Below, piece after piece: positions 9,902 to 19,441 of a DNA stretch of 64,000 nt (positions within the stretch are counted from its first letter, which is position 1; every line of letters begins with the position of its first letter). Where the stretch lies: NCBI GenBank assembly GCA_012744375.1, contig JAAYCD010000093.1, positions 226 to 64,225 on the forward strand, written 5' to 3'. The notes beneath the pieces were generated by a model, which was not told the origin of the DNA, searched no databases, and saw only the letters and a program-made list of their open reading frames with translations. Origin of the DNA: Erysipelotrichaceae bacterium (GTDB taxonomy: Bacteria; Bacillota_I; Bacilli_A; RFN20; CAG-826). A program made the translations under genes and the position numbers.

Positions 9902-12900
9902 ATGGATGTTTTATTATTTTTAGCCCGGCACCAAATTGACAACCTGACTCCCAAGGATATGGAGTTATTTACATATTTTGCGTATAAATACGGCATTGAA
10001 AACGATACAGAAAACCATCCGATCTTTTATATCCGTTTATTTACAAAAATAAATCGTTTACCAATAATTAATTTTAAGATTTCTCATAATGGTAGAATTG
10101 ATTATAACTGTGAAATTTGCCGCGAGAAAAAACCTTGCCGCCATTTCGATATCTTGGTCACAAAAATTTATCAAAATGAGTATGAACAAATCAAAATGCT
10201 TTCAGAAAAATTTTTATATGAAATTTCTGATATTGAAAGAAGGGAACAACAAAATAAATTTGATGCATCTTTAGACGGTGTTTTCAAAGAAATGTATAAA
10301 GAAGAAATAGCAAGCACAAGTAGCAAGGCAAGAATAAAAATTTATTTAGAGGATACTCGCTGGTCTTATGCAATTAATGCGACGGTCGGAAAAACCAAAG
10401 AATATAAAATCGCTTCAATCGACAGATTCCTCTATCGTTTTAATGAGGAGGAAGAGTTTAGATATGGCAAGGATTTAACCTTAATTCATAATTTGTCTTC
10501 CTTTGATGAAACGAGCCAAAAAATTATTAAAATCCTACAAAAATACAACCCAAACTTTTTCGTTGATCTGAGAAACGAAAGCTCTTTAACCCTACTTGAT
10601 GACTTACTCGATGTTTTACAAGATGATTATCTTTACATTAATGAAGAAACATATCATGTCGAAAAAGAAACGATGCCAGTGACAATTAATGTAAACGATA
10701 GCTACTCTTTGACCGTTGAAGGCATTATTACAGGTTATATTCCTTTGACAAAAAAATATTATATATGTAAATCCGCCAACAAAGTTAAGCCACTCACCAA
10801 CAACTCATATATCAATCGACTTATTGATAGTGTGAGAACATATCCACTTTCAACTGTCGAAAATAATTTTGACAATTTCAAATACTTATATTTTGAAAAA
10901 TATCAACAATACTTTAGATTTTCAGAAAACATTAGCAAAATTATGTTGGTTTCATCATTAAAAATCAAAGCCTATTTCGATTATGAAAAAGATAACATTC
11001 ATGTTACAACCAAATACTATAAAAATGATGTAGAAATTCCATATTCTAGCATTTCTAATTTCCATGAAATTTCACAAATAAAACACTATATTAATGTTTT
11101 GGAAAGTTATGGTTTTTTTGAAAATATTTTAACGGACGGCACAAAGGTTTGGGATTTCTTAAATACTTCATTAGACCCTTTGCGCAGTGTCGCCGAATTG
11201 TATTTTTCTAAAGATTTAGACACCCGTAAATTGTCTACTTTTTCTTCTCCAAAAATCACGATTAAAAAGGAAGGTTCAATGCTTGATGTTTTAGTCGATA
11301 AATCGATTTATAGTGATGAAGAATTAAGAGCGATCTTACTTGGAATAAAGCGCAAAAAGAAGTTTATCAAAATCGGTGATAGCTTCATTAATATCAGTTC
11401 AGAAAATACAAGAACTTTTTACGAACTAGCCAAAGATTTTGATTTAATTAGCAATGGCTCATTAAGTAATCGCACAACTTTACCACTATATTACGCTTTC
11501 AAAGTTTATGGGAAAAACGATGATTTAATATCAATGGATAGTTATTTAGACGAAGTGTTTAATGAACTTAAAAACTTTGCAAATTACGAGGTTCCATCGC
11601 CAACGATTGATGGTGAATTAAGAAATTATCAAATTGAAGGTGTAAAATGGCTATCTATTTTATATAAATATTCTTTAGGCGGAATACTTGCTGATGATAT
11701 GGGCTTGGGAAAAACAATTGAAACCATCGCCTTTATCGACCAAGTTAAAACTAACAAACCAATCCTCATAGTTTCACCAAAATCACTAGTTTTTAACTGG
11801 ATGAGTGAGTTCAATAAATTCGCTAAAAACATACCCGTGGCGGCTATTATGGGCACTATTGAGGAAAGAAAGAGAATTATTAAGAAAATTAGAAACGATA
11901 AGTTCGGAGTTTATTTTATTAGCTACGACTCGCTTCGAAATGAATATGAAAATCTTACTAGCATCACATTCGATATTTGTATTTTAGATGAAGCGCAATT
12001 TATCAAAAATATGCACGCTAAGAAAACCAATGCGGTCAAGCAAATCAATGCCTTGCACACAATTGCGTTGACGGGTACTCCTATTGAAAACAATATATAT
12101 GATTTGTGGAGTATTTTTGATTTCTTAATGCCTAATTATTTGCTTGATTACGATAGTTTCAAAGATGCGTTTGAACACAACGAAGATTATTATCAAGTGG
12201 TAAAAAGCAAAGTCGCACCTTTTATTTTAAGAAGAAAGAAAGAGGATGTCTTAAAAGACTTGCCAGCAAAGTACGAAGTCATCATCACCACCGAAATGAG
12301 TGTTGAACAACGCAAACTTTACGATGCTTTCCGTTTAAAAGCTAAAGAAGAATTCAAAAGTGCAGATGGCGGTTCAAAGATTATGGAAATCCTATCAATT
12401 ATTACTCGCCTGCGTCAGATTTGCGTTGATCCATCTACCTTCGTTGATAACTTCATCGGTGAATCCGGAAAGATTACCACTTTAAAAGAAATTATCAGAG
12501 AAAAAGAAAAAGAAAATCATCGTTTTTTAGTTTTCTCACAATTCGTTACGGCATTAAATATCGTTCGACAAGAGCTTGAAACTATGGGCATCAAATACTA
12601 TATGATTACCGGTGAAACCTCGGCTAAAGAGCGTCTTAAAATTTGCAACGAATTCAACCAAAACGAAGAATACAAAGTCGTACTCATTTCCTTAAAAGCC
12701 GGCGGCACTGGCTTAAACTTAGTGGGTGCTGACGTAGTGGTTCATCTTGATCCTTGGTGGAATTACTCCGCTGAAATGCAAGCGAGTGACCGTGCCCACC
12801 GTATTGGACAAACACGGACTGTTGAGGTCATTAAATTGATTGCAGAAAACAGTATAGAAGAGCGTGTTGTCAACCTACAAAACGAAAAGAAGGAATTGGT

Positions 12901-12979
12901 CGATAAAGTCATCAGTAATGACGATTCATCTATCAAATCTTTATCAATTAAAGACCTAAAATCCATTTTGAATATGTAA
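9902..12979 (+). CDS. SNF2-family helicase/ATPase with N-terminal SWIM-like finger
   Basis: LRNYQ.EG..W, GGILADDMGLGKT, DEAQ, ALTGTPIEN, LVFSQF, SLKAGGTGLNL, QASDRAHRIGQ; N-terminal CEIC..KPCRH. Confidence 0.93.
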   Translation: MDVLLFLARHQIDNLTPKDMELFTYFAYKYGIENDTENHPIFYIRLFTKINRLPIINFKISHNGRIDYNCEICREKKPCRHFDILVTKIYQNEYEQIKMLSEKFLYEISDIERREQQNKFDASLDGVFKEMYKEEIASTSSKARIKIYLEDTRWSYAINATVGKTKEYKIASIDRFLYRFNEEEEFRYGKDLTLIHNLSSFDETSQKIIKILQKYNPNFFVDLRNESSLTLLDDLLDVLQDDYLYINEETYHVEKETMPVTINVNDSYSLTVEGIITGYIPLTKKYYICKSANKVKPLTNNSYINRLIDSVRTYPLSTVENNFDNFKYLYFEKYQQYFRFSENISKIMLVSSLKIKAYFDYEKDNIHVTTKYYKNDVEIPYSSISNFHEISQIKHYINVLESYGFFENILTDGTKVWDFLNTSLDPLRSVAELYFSKDLDTRKLSTFSSPKITIKKEGSMLDVLVDKSIYSDEELRAILLGIKRKKKFIKIGDSFINISSENTRTFYELAKDFDLISNGSLSNRTTLPLYYAFKVYGKNDDLISMDSYLDEVFNELKNFANYEVPSPTIDGELRNYQIEGVKWLSILYKYSLGGILADDMGLGKTIETIAFIDQVKTNKPILIVSPKSLVFNWMSEFNKFAKNIPVAAIMGTIEERKRIIKKIRNDKFGVYFISYDSLRNEYENLTSITFDICILDEAQFIKNMHAKKTNAVKQINALHTIALTGTPIENNIYDLWSIFDFLMPNYLLDYDSFKDAFEHNEDYYQVVKSKVAPFILRRKKEDVLKDLPAKYEVIITTEMSVEQRKLYDAFRLKAKEEFKSADGGSKIMEILSIITRLRQICVDPSTFVDNFIGESGKITTLKEIIREKEKENHRFLVFSQFVTALNIVRQELETMGIKYYMITGETSAKERLKICNEFNQNEEYKVVLISLKAGGTGLNLVGADVVVHLDPWWNYSAEMQASDRAHRIGQTRTVEVIKLIAENSIEERVVNLQNEKKELVDKVISNDDSSIKSLSIKDLKSILNM

Positions 12980-13164
12980 ATTATTAGTGCTGAACACAAC
13001 TAAAAGTTATGTTCACTTTAAAAAAACAGCAACAACAGCCACCTTATTTTTCGCTATTGTCATGTTATCAACATGAAATTTGCGATATAAATCTTCTATA
13101 CATGGTCAATTATATTGATAGTATGAGATTATTTTAATTTGGCTTGACCAAACGGAGGACAAAT

Positions 13165-14745
13165 ATGATTTTAGAAAAATGTGTCATTGGTATCGAATTC
13201 GGCTCGACTAGAATCAAAGCTGTTATGCTTGATGAAAACCACGAAATTATTGCCTCAAATGAGTATGCTTGGGAATCCACCCTTAAAAATGGTGTTTGGA
13301 TTTATACACTTGAACAAGCAAAATTAGGTTTGATTGATTGTTATGCAGGACTCAAGAGCAAATTTGAAACGAAATATCGTCGTCCACTTTCCAAAGTTGG
13401 CGCAATTGGCATCTCCGGTATGATGCATGGTTACCTTGTCTTTGATAAAAAAGGCAACCAACTTGCTGAATTTCGTACTTGGAAAAATACTATTTGTCCA
13501 GACGCACAAGAAATCCTTTCCGCTTTGTTTGAGTTTAATATTCCACAACGTTGGACAATCGCCCATATTTATCAAGCCATTTTAAACGGAGAAAAAGAGG
13601 TGAAGGACATAGCGTTTGCCACAACTTTAGCTGGTTACTTCCATTATTTGTTAACAGGGCAAAAGTATATCGGTGCTAATGATGGTAGTGGTATGTTCCC
13701 ACTTGATAAAAATACTAAGGATTACGATCGCAACATGGTCGCAAAATTTGATGATCTCGTGAAAGATAAAGTATCATGGAAAATATTAGATATTTTACCA
13801 AAAGTCATGGTCGCTGGCGATAATGCTGGTTACTTAACTCAAGAAGGCGCTTTAATTATCGATCCATCTGGCGTTTTACAAGCCGGCATTCCTTTCTGCG
13901 CTCCAGAAGGCGATATGGGCACAGGCATGATAGCGACTAACTCCGTAAGAGTAGGTTATGGAAATTCGTCACTAGGTACCAGTAGCAATATCACACTTGT
14001 CACCGATAAAAATATTAAAGTAAATAAGGAAATCGACGTCATTGCTTCTCCAAGTGGCGTTCCAGCAGTCTTAGTTCACGCCAATAACTGCACCACAGAT
14101 ATTAATGCTTGGGTTGAGCTGTTGCACCAAGCGATTGTTCTTGCCGGTGGTTCAATTCAAAGAAACGAACTATTTGTCCGTTTGTTCAATAAATCACTTG
14201 AAGGCGAACCGGATGCTGGTGGTTTGATCTCATTTAATTACTTCTCCGGCGAAGCGGCAGTTGGTGTGCAAGAAGGTAGACCGTTATTTGTTCGTGAACC
14301 AGATGCCAAATTGTCACTAGCCAATTTCATGAAGGCACACATCCTTGGTATCTTGGCCACTTTGCGAATCGGTTTAGATATTTTAATCAAGCAAGGTGTT
14401 GAAATTAATAAAATATATGGTCATGGTGGTTTCTTCAAAACTCCTGTCGTTGGTGCAAAAGCTCTAAGTGCTGCAATTAACGCTCCAGTTGCAACTTTAG
14501 CAAGCGCTGGTGAAGGTGGTCCTTATGGCCAAGCTTTGCTCGCGGCATACATGTTGGTTAAAGAAAAAGGCGAGACGTTAGAAGATTTCCTAGAAAATAA
14601 AGTGTTTACAAACGCAAAAGAAGATATTGCTCAAGCCACCAAAGAAGAAGTTGATGGTTTCAATCGCTTCTTGGCACGTTATATTGCTGCAGTTCCGGTT
14701 GAAGAAGCAGCGATTAAATTTGTTAAAGGGCAACACACAAAATAA
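13165..14745 (+). CDS. FGGY carbohydrate kinase (AraB-like L-ribulokinase / xylulokinase group)
   Basis: IGIEFGSTRIKAV, GISGMMHGY, FNIPQRW, APEGD.GTGM, GHGGFFKT, EGGPYG; ATG 13165 with GGAGG SD. Confidence 0.85.
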   Translation: MILEKCVIGIEFGSTRIKAVMLDENHEIIASNEYAWESTLKNGVWIYTLEQAKLGLIDCYAGLKSKFETKYRRPLSKVGAIGISGMMHGYLVFDKKGNQLAEFRTWKNTICPDAQEILSALFEFNIPQRWTIAHIYQAILNGEKEVKDIAFATTLAGYFHYLLTGQKYIGANDGSGMFPLDKNTKDYDRNMVAKFDDLVKDKVSWKILDILPKVMVAGDNAGYLTQEGALIIDPSGVLQAGIPFCAPEGDMGTGMIATNSVRVGYGNSSLGTSSNITLVTDKNIKVNKEIDVIASPSGVPAVLVHANNCTTDINAWVELLHQAIVLAGGSIQRNELFVRLFNKSLEGEPDAGGLISFNYFSGEAAVGVQEGRPLFVREPDAKLSLANFMKAHILGILATLRIGLDILIKQGVEINKIYGHGGFFKTPVVGAKALSAAINAPVATLASAGEGGPYGQALLAAYMLVKEKGETLEDFLENKVFTNAKEDIAQATKEEVDGFNRFLARYIAAVPVEEAAIKFVKGQHTK

Positions 14746-14749
14746 ACAT

Positions 14750-15706
14750 ATGTCATTTAATTGGTGCTTTATTGGAACAGGAAAGATTGCACATCGTGTG
14801 GCTAAGCAAGTCGTCGCAATCGATGGTCACAGGATTGTTTCAGTATATAATCGCACTAAAGAAAAAGCGTACACATTCGCTAATATTTATCAAAGCCGTG
14901 TTTATGATACTGCTTTGGAAGCGATAAAAGATCCTGAAGTTAATGGGGTATATATCGCAACAACGAACGAGACACATTTTTCTTTTATTCAACTGTGTTT
15001 AGAACACCATAAACCAGTATTGTGTGAAAAACCAATTACTGGGAACGCAAAAGAATTTAAAAAAATATTAGATTTAAATGAAGATTCTAATACATTTCTT
15101 TGTGAAGCGATGTGGACATGGTTCAATCCAGTGTCTTATCAAGTCAAAAAATGGGTTGAAGAAAAGCAGATTGGAAAGATTCGGCATGTCGAATGCCGTT
15201 TTTGTGTACCGCTAATAGGACGAAAGAAGATAGAGCGTCATGTCAAAATAAATAAATACGGAGGGGCTTTATTGGATCTCGGTGTTTATTGTGTACGATA
15301 TATGTATGAACTATTTGGTAAACCGAATAAAATTACTAGTAAGGGCAAACTATTTCAAGGTGTAGATATTAGGAATAAATCAATTTTCTCTTACGAAAAT
15401 TTTGATGCCGTGGTCGTCAGCGGTTTTAATTCAATCCCTGTTGATTATTGTATAATTAAAGGCGACTTAGGAACCATCAAAGTACCGCTGTTTCACACGG
15501 CAAATAAGGCAATTTTAAGAAATAAAAATGGGCGGGTCGTGTATAAGAATTTAGAACCCAAATTTTCGTATCAATTTTTACAAGTTTCTGAAGATATTAT
15601 AAATGGCAATAAAGAGAGCCTAATTTCTTGGAATTCCTCCCTTGAAGTGTTGAAAATTATGGATGCAATTAGACAACAAATTAATGTTATTTATCCTTGT
15701 GATTAA
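14750..15706 (+). CDS. Gfo/Idh/MocA family NAD(P)-dependent oxidoreductase
   Basis: WCFIGTGKIA, VYIAT, VLCEKP, EAMWT.F.P, GGALLDLGVY; start reassigned to ATG 14750. Confidence 0.9.
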   Translation: MSFNWCFIGTGKIAHRVAKQVVAIDGHRIVSVYNRTKEKAYTFANIYQSRVYDTALEAIKDPEVNGVYIATTNETHFSFIQLCLEHHKPVLCEKPITGNAKEFKKILDLNEDSNTFLCEAMWTWFNPVSYQVKKWVEEKQIGKIRHVECRFCVPLIGRKKIERHVKINKYGGALLDLGVYCVRYMYELFGKPNKITSKGKLFQGVDIRNKSIFSYENFDAVVVSGFNSIPVDYCIIKGDLGTIKVPLFHTANKAILRNKNGRVVYKNLEPKFSYQFLQVSEDIINGNKESLISWNSSLEVLKIMDAIRQQINVIYPCD

Positions 15707-15776
15707 TTAATAATAATAATTAGTTAATTTTTGCAAAAGCTAAAAATAATGTAAATAGACTGGAGAAGTAGATAAT

Positions 15777-16592
15777 ATGGTAAAAAATGCAATTAGAGCC
15801 AACGTTAAGCATAAAAAGAGGCTTATTTGCCTAGATATGGATGGAACTATATACCTTGGAAATCAATTGTTTGATGGTGTAAAAGATATTTTTAAATATT
15901 TTGAATTAAATAAAATTAATTATGTGTTTTTAACAAATAACTCATCGCATTCGCTGCCTTTCTACGTCGATAAAATTAGACGGATGGGAATCACCTGTTC
16001 TGAGGACAATTTTTACTCGTCAATCGATACAACTATTAAGTTTTTGCAAAAAGAAAATATTAGGACCGTGTACGTATTAGGAGTAACGAGCTTTAAAGAG
16101 GAGTTGAAGAAGCATTTTACATTAGTTGATGAGGCTAGTGATATTGTTCCAGAAGTAACTCTTGTTTCTTTTGATACACAATTAAAATATGATGAGCTTA
16201 AAGCAGCTTGTTTATATATCCAAAAGGGTTCACGCTTCATTGCTACAAACATGGATTATCGCTGCCCAATCGAAAATGGATTATATATCCCTGATTGTGG
16301 TGGCATTTGTTTGACTATTGAGGCCTGCACCAATAAGAAACCACAATTTTTAGGTAAACCAGCACCTGAAATGTTATATCAAGTCATGGAAAAGTTTGGT
16401 GTAAGCAGGGAAGAAACGCTAATGATTGGTGATCGCCACTATACTGACATCATGGCGGGCATTAATTCTGGGGTGGAAACAGTTGGAGTACTTACTGGAG
16501 AAACCACCAAAGAAGAGTTTCTTTCCGCAGAACATCAACCAACATATATACTTGATTCAATAGCAGATTTAATCGAAATCTTAGAAAAATAA
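15777..16592 (+). CDS. HAD-IIA hydrolase (NagD-like phosphatase)
   Basis: DMDGTIY, FLTNNS, IATN.D, GKP, MIGDRHYTDI, VLTG. Confidence 0.9.
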   Translation: MVKNAIRANVKHKKRLICLDMDGTIYLGNQLFDGVKDIFKYFELNKINYVFLTNNSSHSLPFYVDKIRRMGITCSEDNFYSSIDTTIKFLQKENIRTVYVLGVTSFKEELKKHFTLVDEASDIVPEVTLVSFDTQLKYDELKAACLYIQKGSRFIATNMDYRCPIENGLYIPDCGGICLTIEACTNKKPQFLGKPAPEMLYQVMEKFGVSREETLMIGDRHYTDIMAGINSGVETVGVLTGETTKEEFLSAEHQPTYILDSIADLIEILEK

Positions 16593-16619
16593 AAAGGGCC
16601 ACACGTGCCCTTTGTTTTT
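16593..16619. terminator. probable bidirectional intrinsic terminator
   Basis: AAAGGGC-cacacgt-GCCCTTT plus T-tract, between convergent genes. Confidence 0.7.
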
Positions 16620-16631
16620 GTTATTGACTTT

Positions 16632-17327
16632 TTATGACTTTTGGTCAAAAACGTTAGTGGTTATATAATCGACACCCATCTCCTCAAATTTCCTTAGTGA
16701 GGCCTCCTCGTCGATAGTCCAAACATTAACTCGCAATTTTTTCTTATGCATTTTTTCGACAATTTCTTTAGTTAATAATTTTTCAGAAATATCAATATCC
16801 ATGCGAAATAATTTTGCCCATTTAATTAAGAAAAAATAGGGTTCTATGAGCATTTGCAGGTGGATACGTCTACCATATTTTAGGCGTAATTTAATTAAAG
16901 GCCAAGGATAGAATGCAATAAATGTAACCTTATCAAGTCCAAGTACTTTGTCGATATATTTACATAATTTTTTTAAATATTTTCTTTTTGGATTTTTTGG
17001 TTTAATTTCAATAATTGGCCGCTTTTCACTTTCAATGCAAATGATTAAGAAATCCTCAAATAGTGGAATAAAAGCAGCGTTATCGCCTTGTTCGTTGTCT
17101 AAAGGTAACTTGATAAGCTCGTCTTTGGTCAACTCCGCGATGACATATTTCTGCCCGCCACTCTTGAAATCTGGATCGTGATGGACAACCCAATAATTAT
17201 CTTTGGTTAAATGAATATCAGTCTCAATTCCGTAGTAATCTCTTTTCGCTGCTTCCTTGAAAGCATTGATTGTATTCTCATAATATTTTTGGTGATACCC
17301 ACGATGGGCAATGGCTAATGGTCTCAT
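16632..17327 (-). CDS. glycerophosphodiester phosphodiesterase (GDPD)
   Basis: IAHRG...ENT..AF, ETDIHLTKD..VVHHD, IEIK, VWTID, GVDYITTN. Confidence 0.92.
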   Translation of the reverse strand: MRPLAIAHRGYHQKYYENTINAFKEAAKRDYYGIETDIHLTKDNYWVVHHDPDFKSGGQKYVIAELTKDELIKLPLDNEQGDNAAFIPLFEDFLIICIESEKRPIIEIKPKNPKRKYLKKLCKYIDKVLGLDKVTFIAFYPWPLIKLRLKYGRRIHLQMLIEPYFFLIKWAKLFRMDIDISEKLLTKEIVEKMHKKKLRVNVWTIDEEASLRKFEEMGVDYITTNVFDQKS

Positions 17328-18754
17328 AGTTCAACTTCTTCTCCAAATGCTTCTAAACCTTTAACAATGTTTTGTTTATTTACTTTAACATTTTTCACAA
17401 ACATGAAAATAGCGAAAGCAATAGCAACGCAGACCGCAGCATAAACTGGCAAGAAACCCCAGTCGATTCTGTCGGAGTTCAAGAAAGCACCGAGAGCGAT
17501 TGGTGTAATAGTTTGAGCGGCCATAGAAGAAGCATAATAGTAGCCAGTAAAGGAACCAATTTTCTTAGCATTGCAAAGCTCAACAACCATTGGAAAGGAA
17601 TTGAGATGTACTAATGACATACCAAAACCTTTAAATAACCAAATAACATAAATAATGATAGGAAAACTACCTGAAGCAGCAGCTCCTTTTAAGAATGTGA
17701 ATGTACCAATAATCCACACAAAGTAGGATAACAGGGTTAGTCCTAAACCACCGATTACAGTCCATTTACGGCCAATCTTTCCTGCAATCATTCCCCCTAA
17801 TCCAAAACCTAAAACAGAACCAACGCCACCAACGATAATGTTGATCATATTGGAACTACTTGCTGCTTGGAGATAATATTGAGTAAAGTTGCCCATAAAG
17901 GTGCCGATGCCGTTATCCGCCATAAACCAGAAAAATTCAGCGATTAAAATGAAAATGAGCATCATTTTGTTAGCTTTAGTCATTGGTTTATCGTCATCGA
18001 TTTTATCTGCTGTCTCAGAAAGAGCTTCGCCTAATTTTATATCATCAGCGATTTCTTCTTTAACTTTGTTTTCATTGATGCAGATGAATAAGACGACCGC
18101 AGAAAAAACCATTAAAACAGAAGCAAGCAAAAATGGCGTTTCTAAAATCCAAATATTGCTAGTGGACCATGGTGGAATAGCATTTGAACCATCGCCTTTT
18201 AAGTATGTACTTAATACGAAAATAATGCCTACTACGGTTGCAAAAGCACCACCGATATAACCCATAATGTTAATAATACCATTAGCTTTTGAACGAAGTG
18301 GCTTTGGTGTTAAGTCAGGCATTAAAGCAACGGCAGGGTTGCGATACATCATCATGAACAAAACAACAATGGCCATCATAATGATGACACCAGCAAGGTT
18401 GTTTAAGTGGAAAAATACAGGGATAAATGGGAACGCGATCGCACAAACAAATGTTCCAACAAGGATATAAGGCATCCGTTTGCCAATTTTAGTGTTTGTT
18501 TTATCAGACAACGCACCAAATATTGGCAATAAAATTAAGGCTATAAGATTATCCATAGCCATAACAACCCCAACCAAATATTGGACTTCTTCCTCTTTTG
18601 TGGTGTTAAAAGCTTCTTTAAATAATTCCGTCAAAAGGGTTGGACACCATGAATCATAAACTTGCCAGAGTAATAAAATGCCGAAAAATGCAAAACCAAT
18701 AAGAAAGGTACGTTTATAGTTCAACTTTAAGGTTGATTTAACTGTTTGTTCCAT
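17324..18754 (-). CDS. MFS transporter (SLC45 / maltose-sucrose-like)
   Basis: About 12 TM; MAMDN...P.FG.LSDKT.TK.GKRMPYI, ALMPD.TP..RS.ANG; ATGA overlap with GDPD. Confidence 0.85.
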   Translation of the reverse strand: MEQTVKSTLKLNYKRTFLIGFAFFGILLLWQVYDSWCPTLLTELFKEAFNTTKEEEVQYLVGVVMAMDNLIALILLPIFGALSDKTNTKIGKRMPYILVGTFVCAIAFPFIPVFFHLNNLAGVIIMMAIVVLFMMMYRNPAVALMPDLTPKPLRSKANGIINIMGYIGGAFATVVGIIFVLSTYLKGDGSNAIPPWSTSNIWILETPFLLASVLMVFSAVVLFICINENKVKEEIADDIKLGEALSETADKIDDDKPMTKANKMMLIFILIAEFFWFMADNGIGTFMGNFTQYYLQAASSSNMINIIVGGVGSVLGFGLGGMIAGKIGRKWTVIGGLGLTLLSYFVWIIGTFTFLKGAAASGSFPIIIYVIWLFKGFGMSLVHLNSFPMVVELCNAKKIGSFTGYYYASSMAAQTITPIALGAFLNSDRIDWGFLPVYAAVCVAIAFAIFMFVKNVKVNKQNIVKGLEAFGEEVEL

Positions 18755-18892
18755 AATATTTCCTATCTTTCTTTGTGGTAATTGACCACAGTCACAAATG
18801 CAAGTTAAATCTTATCAAACAATTTGTCAACCTTTTAATTATTTCCTACTTTAGAGATGTAAAACAGGGACTAATATATTTTTGAAAACGTA

Positions 18893-19426
18893 TTATTGAT
18901 AGCGGTGAATCAAAAATTCGACCAATAAAACAAACGCTTCTGCTAATAAAGCATATCCTAAATATAGCAAAGTTGACTCGAGGAAACTTTCTCGAGCCAC
19001 GATTAAAATAATCATGTAAACAATTAATATAATCGCAAGCACAACCTTTACACTGCAAAATAACGGTTGATATTGAAAATTTATAACATAAATCACAATT
19101 TTAGCTACATATATTGAAATAAACGAAATGGCCCAAACCAAGGACAAAATTTTAAGATCAACATTAAGAGCAAATAAAACAATGCCTAGTATAATAATTA
19201 CTAAGTTGGTAACGACATTTGGAATGTTTCTAATTTTTGTGGAATCTTTTAAACCCAAAAAATTGACAATTTCATTTACCCCAACAAAAAATACAACAAA
19301 CGAAATTAACGTCTTGCTAATTACTTCGTCTTGATAAATAAAGGTCAAAACCGCCACACCAGTAGCAACTGTAGTCACGACAGAAAGTAATTCGAAAAAT
19401 ATATTAGCAAAATGGATTCTTTTCAT
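18893..19426 (-). CDS. membrane protein, unknown function (about 6 TM)
   Basis: 177-aa hydrophobic ORF 15 nt downstream of pepT. Confidence 0.65.
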   Translation of the reverse strand: MKRIHFANIFFELLSVVTTVATGVAVLTFIYQDEVISKTLISFVVFFVGVNEIVNFLGLKDSTKIRNIPNVVTNLVIIILGIVLFALNVDLKILSLVWAISFISIYVAKIVIYVINFQYQPLFCSVKVVLAIILIVYMIILIVARESFLESTLLYLGYALLAEAFVLLVEFLIHRYQ

Positions 19427-19441
19427 ATAACCAATAATAGC

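Noticed and set aside
14627..14749. Long N-terminal extension / overlap of the Gfo/Idh/MocA ORF with the kinase (likewise the track starts for queH, rplE, rplF and the reductase)
   Set aside because: Artefacts of choosing the most upstream start; downstream ATGs fit the family N-termini and, in most cases, an SD
17324..17327. Possible UGA=Trp recoding (Mollicutes-like code)
   Set aside because: TGA ends the MFS gene in an ATGA overlap, conserved genes are intact under code 11, and Trp is TGG where checked
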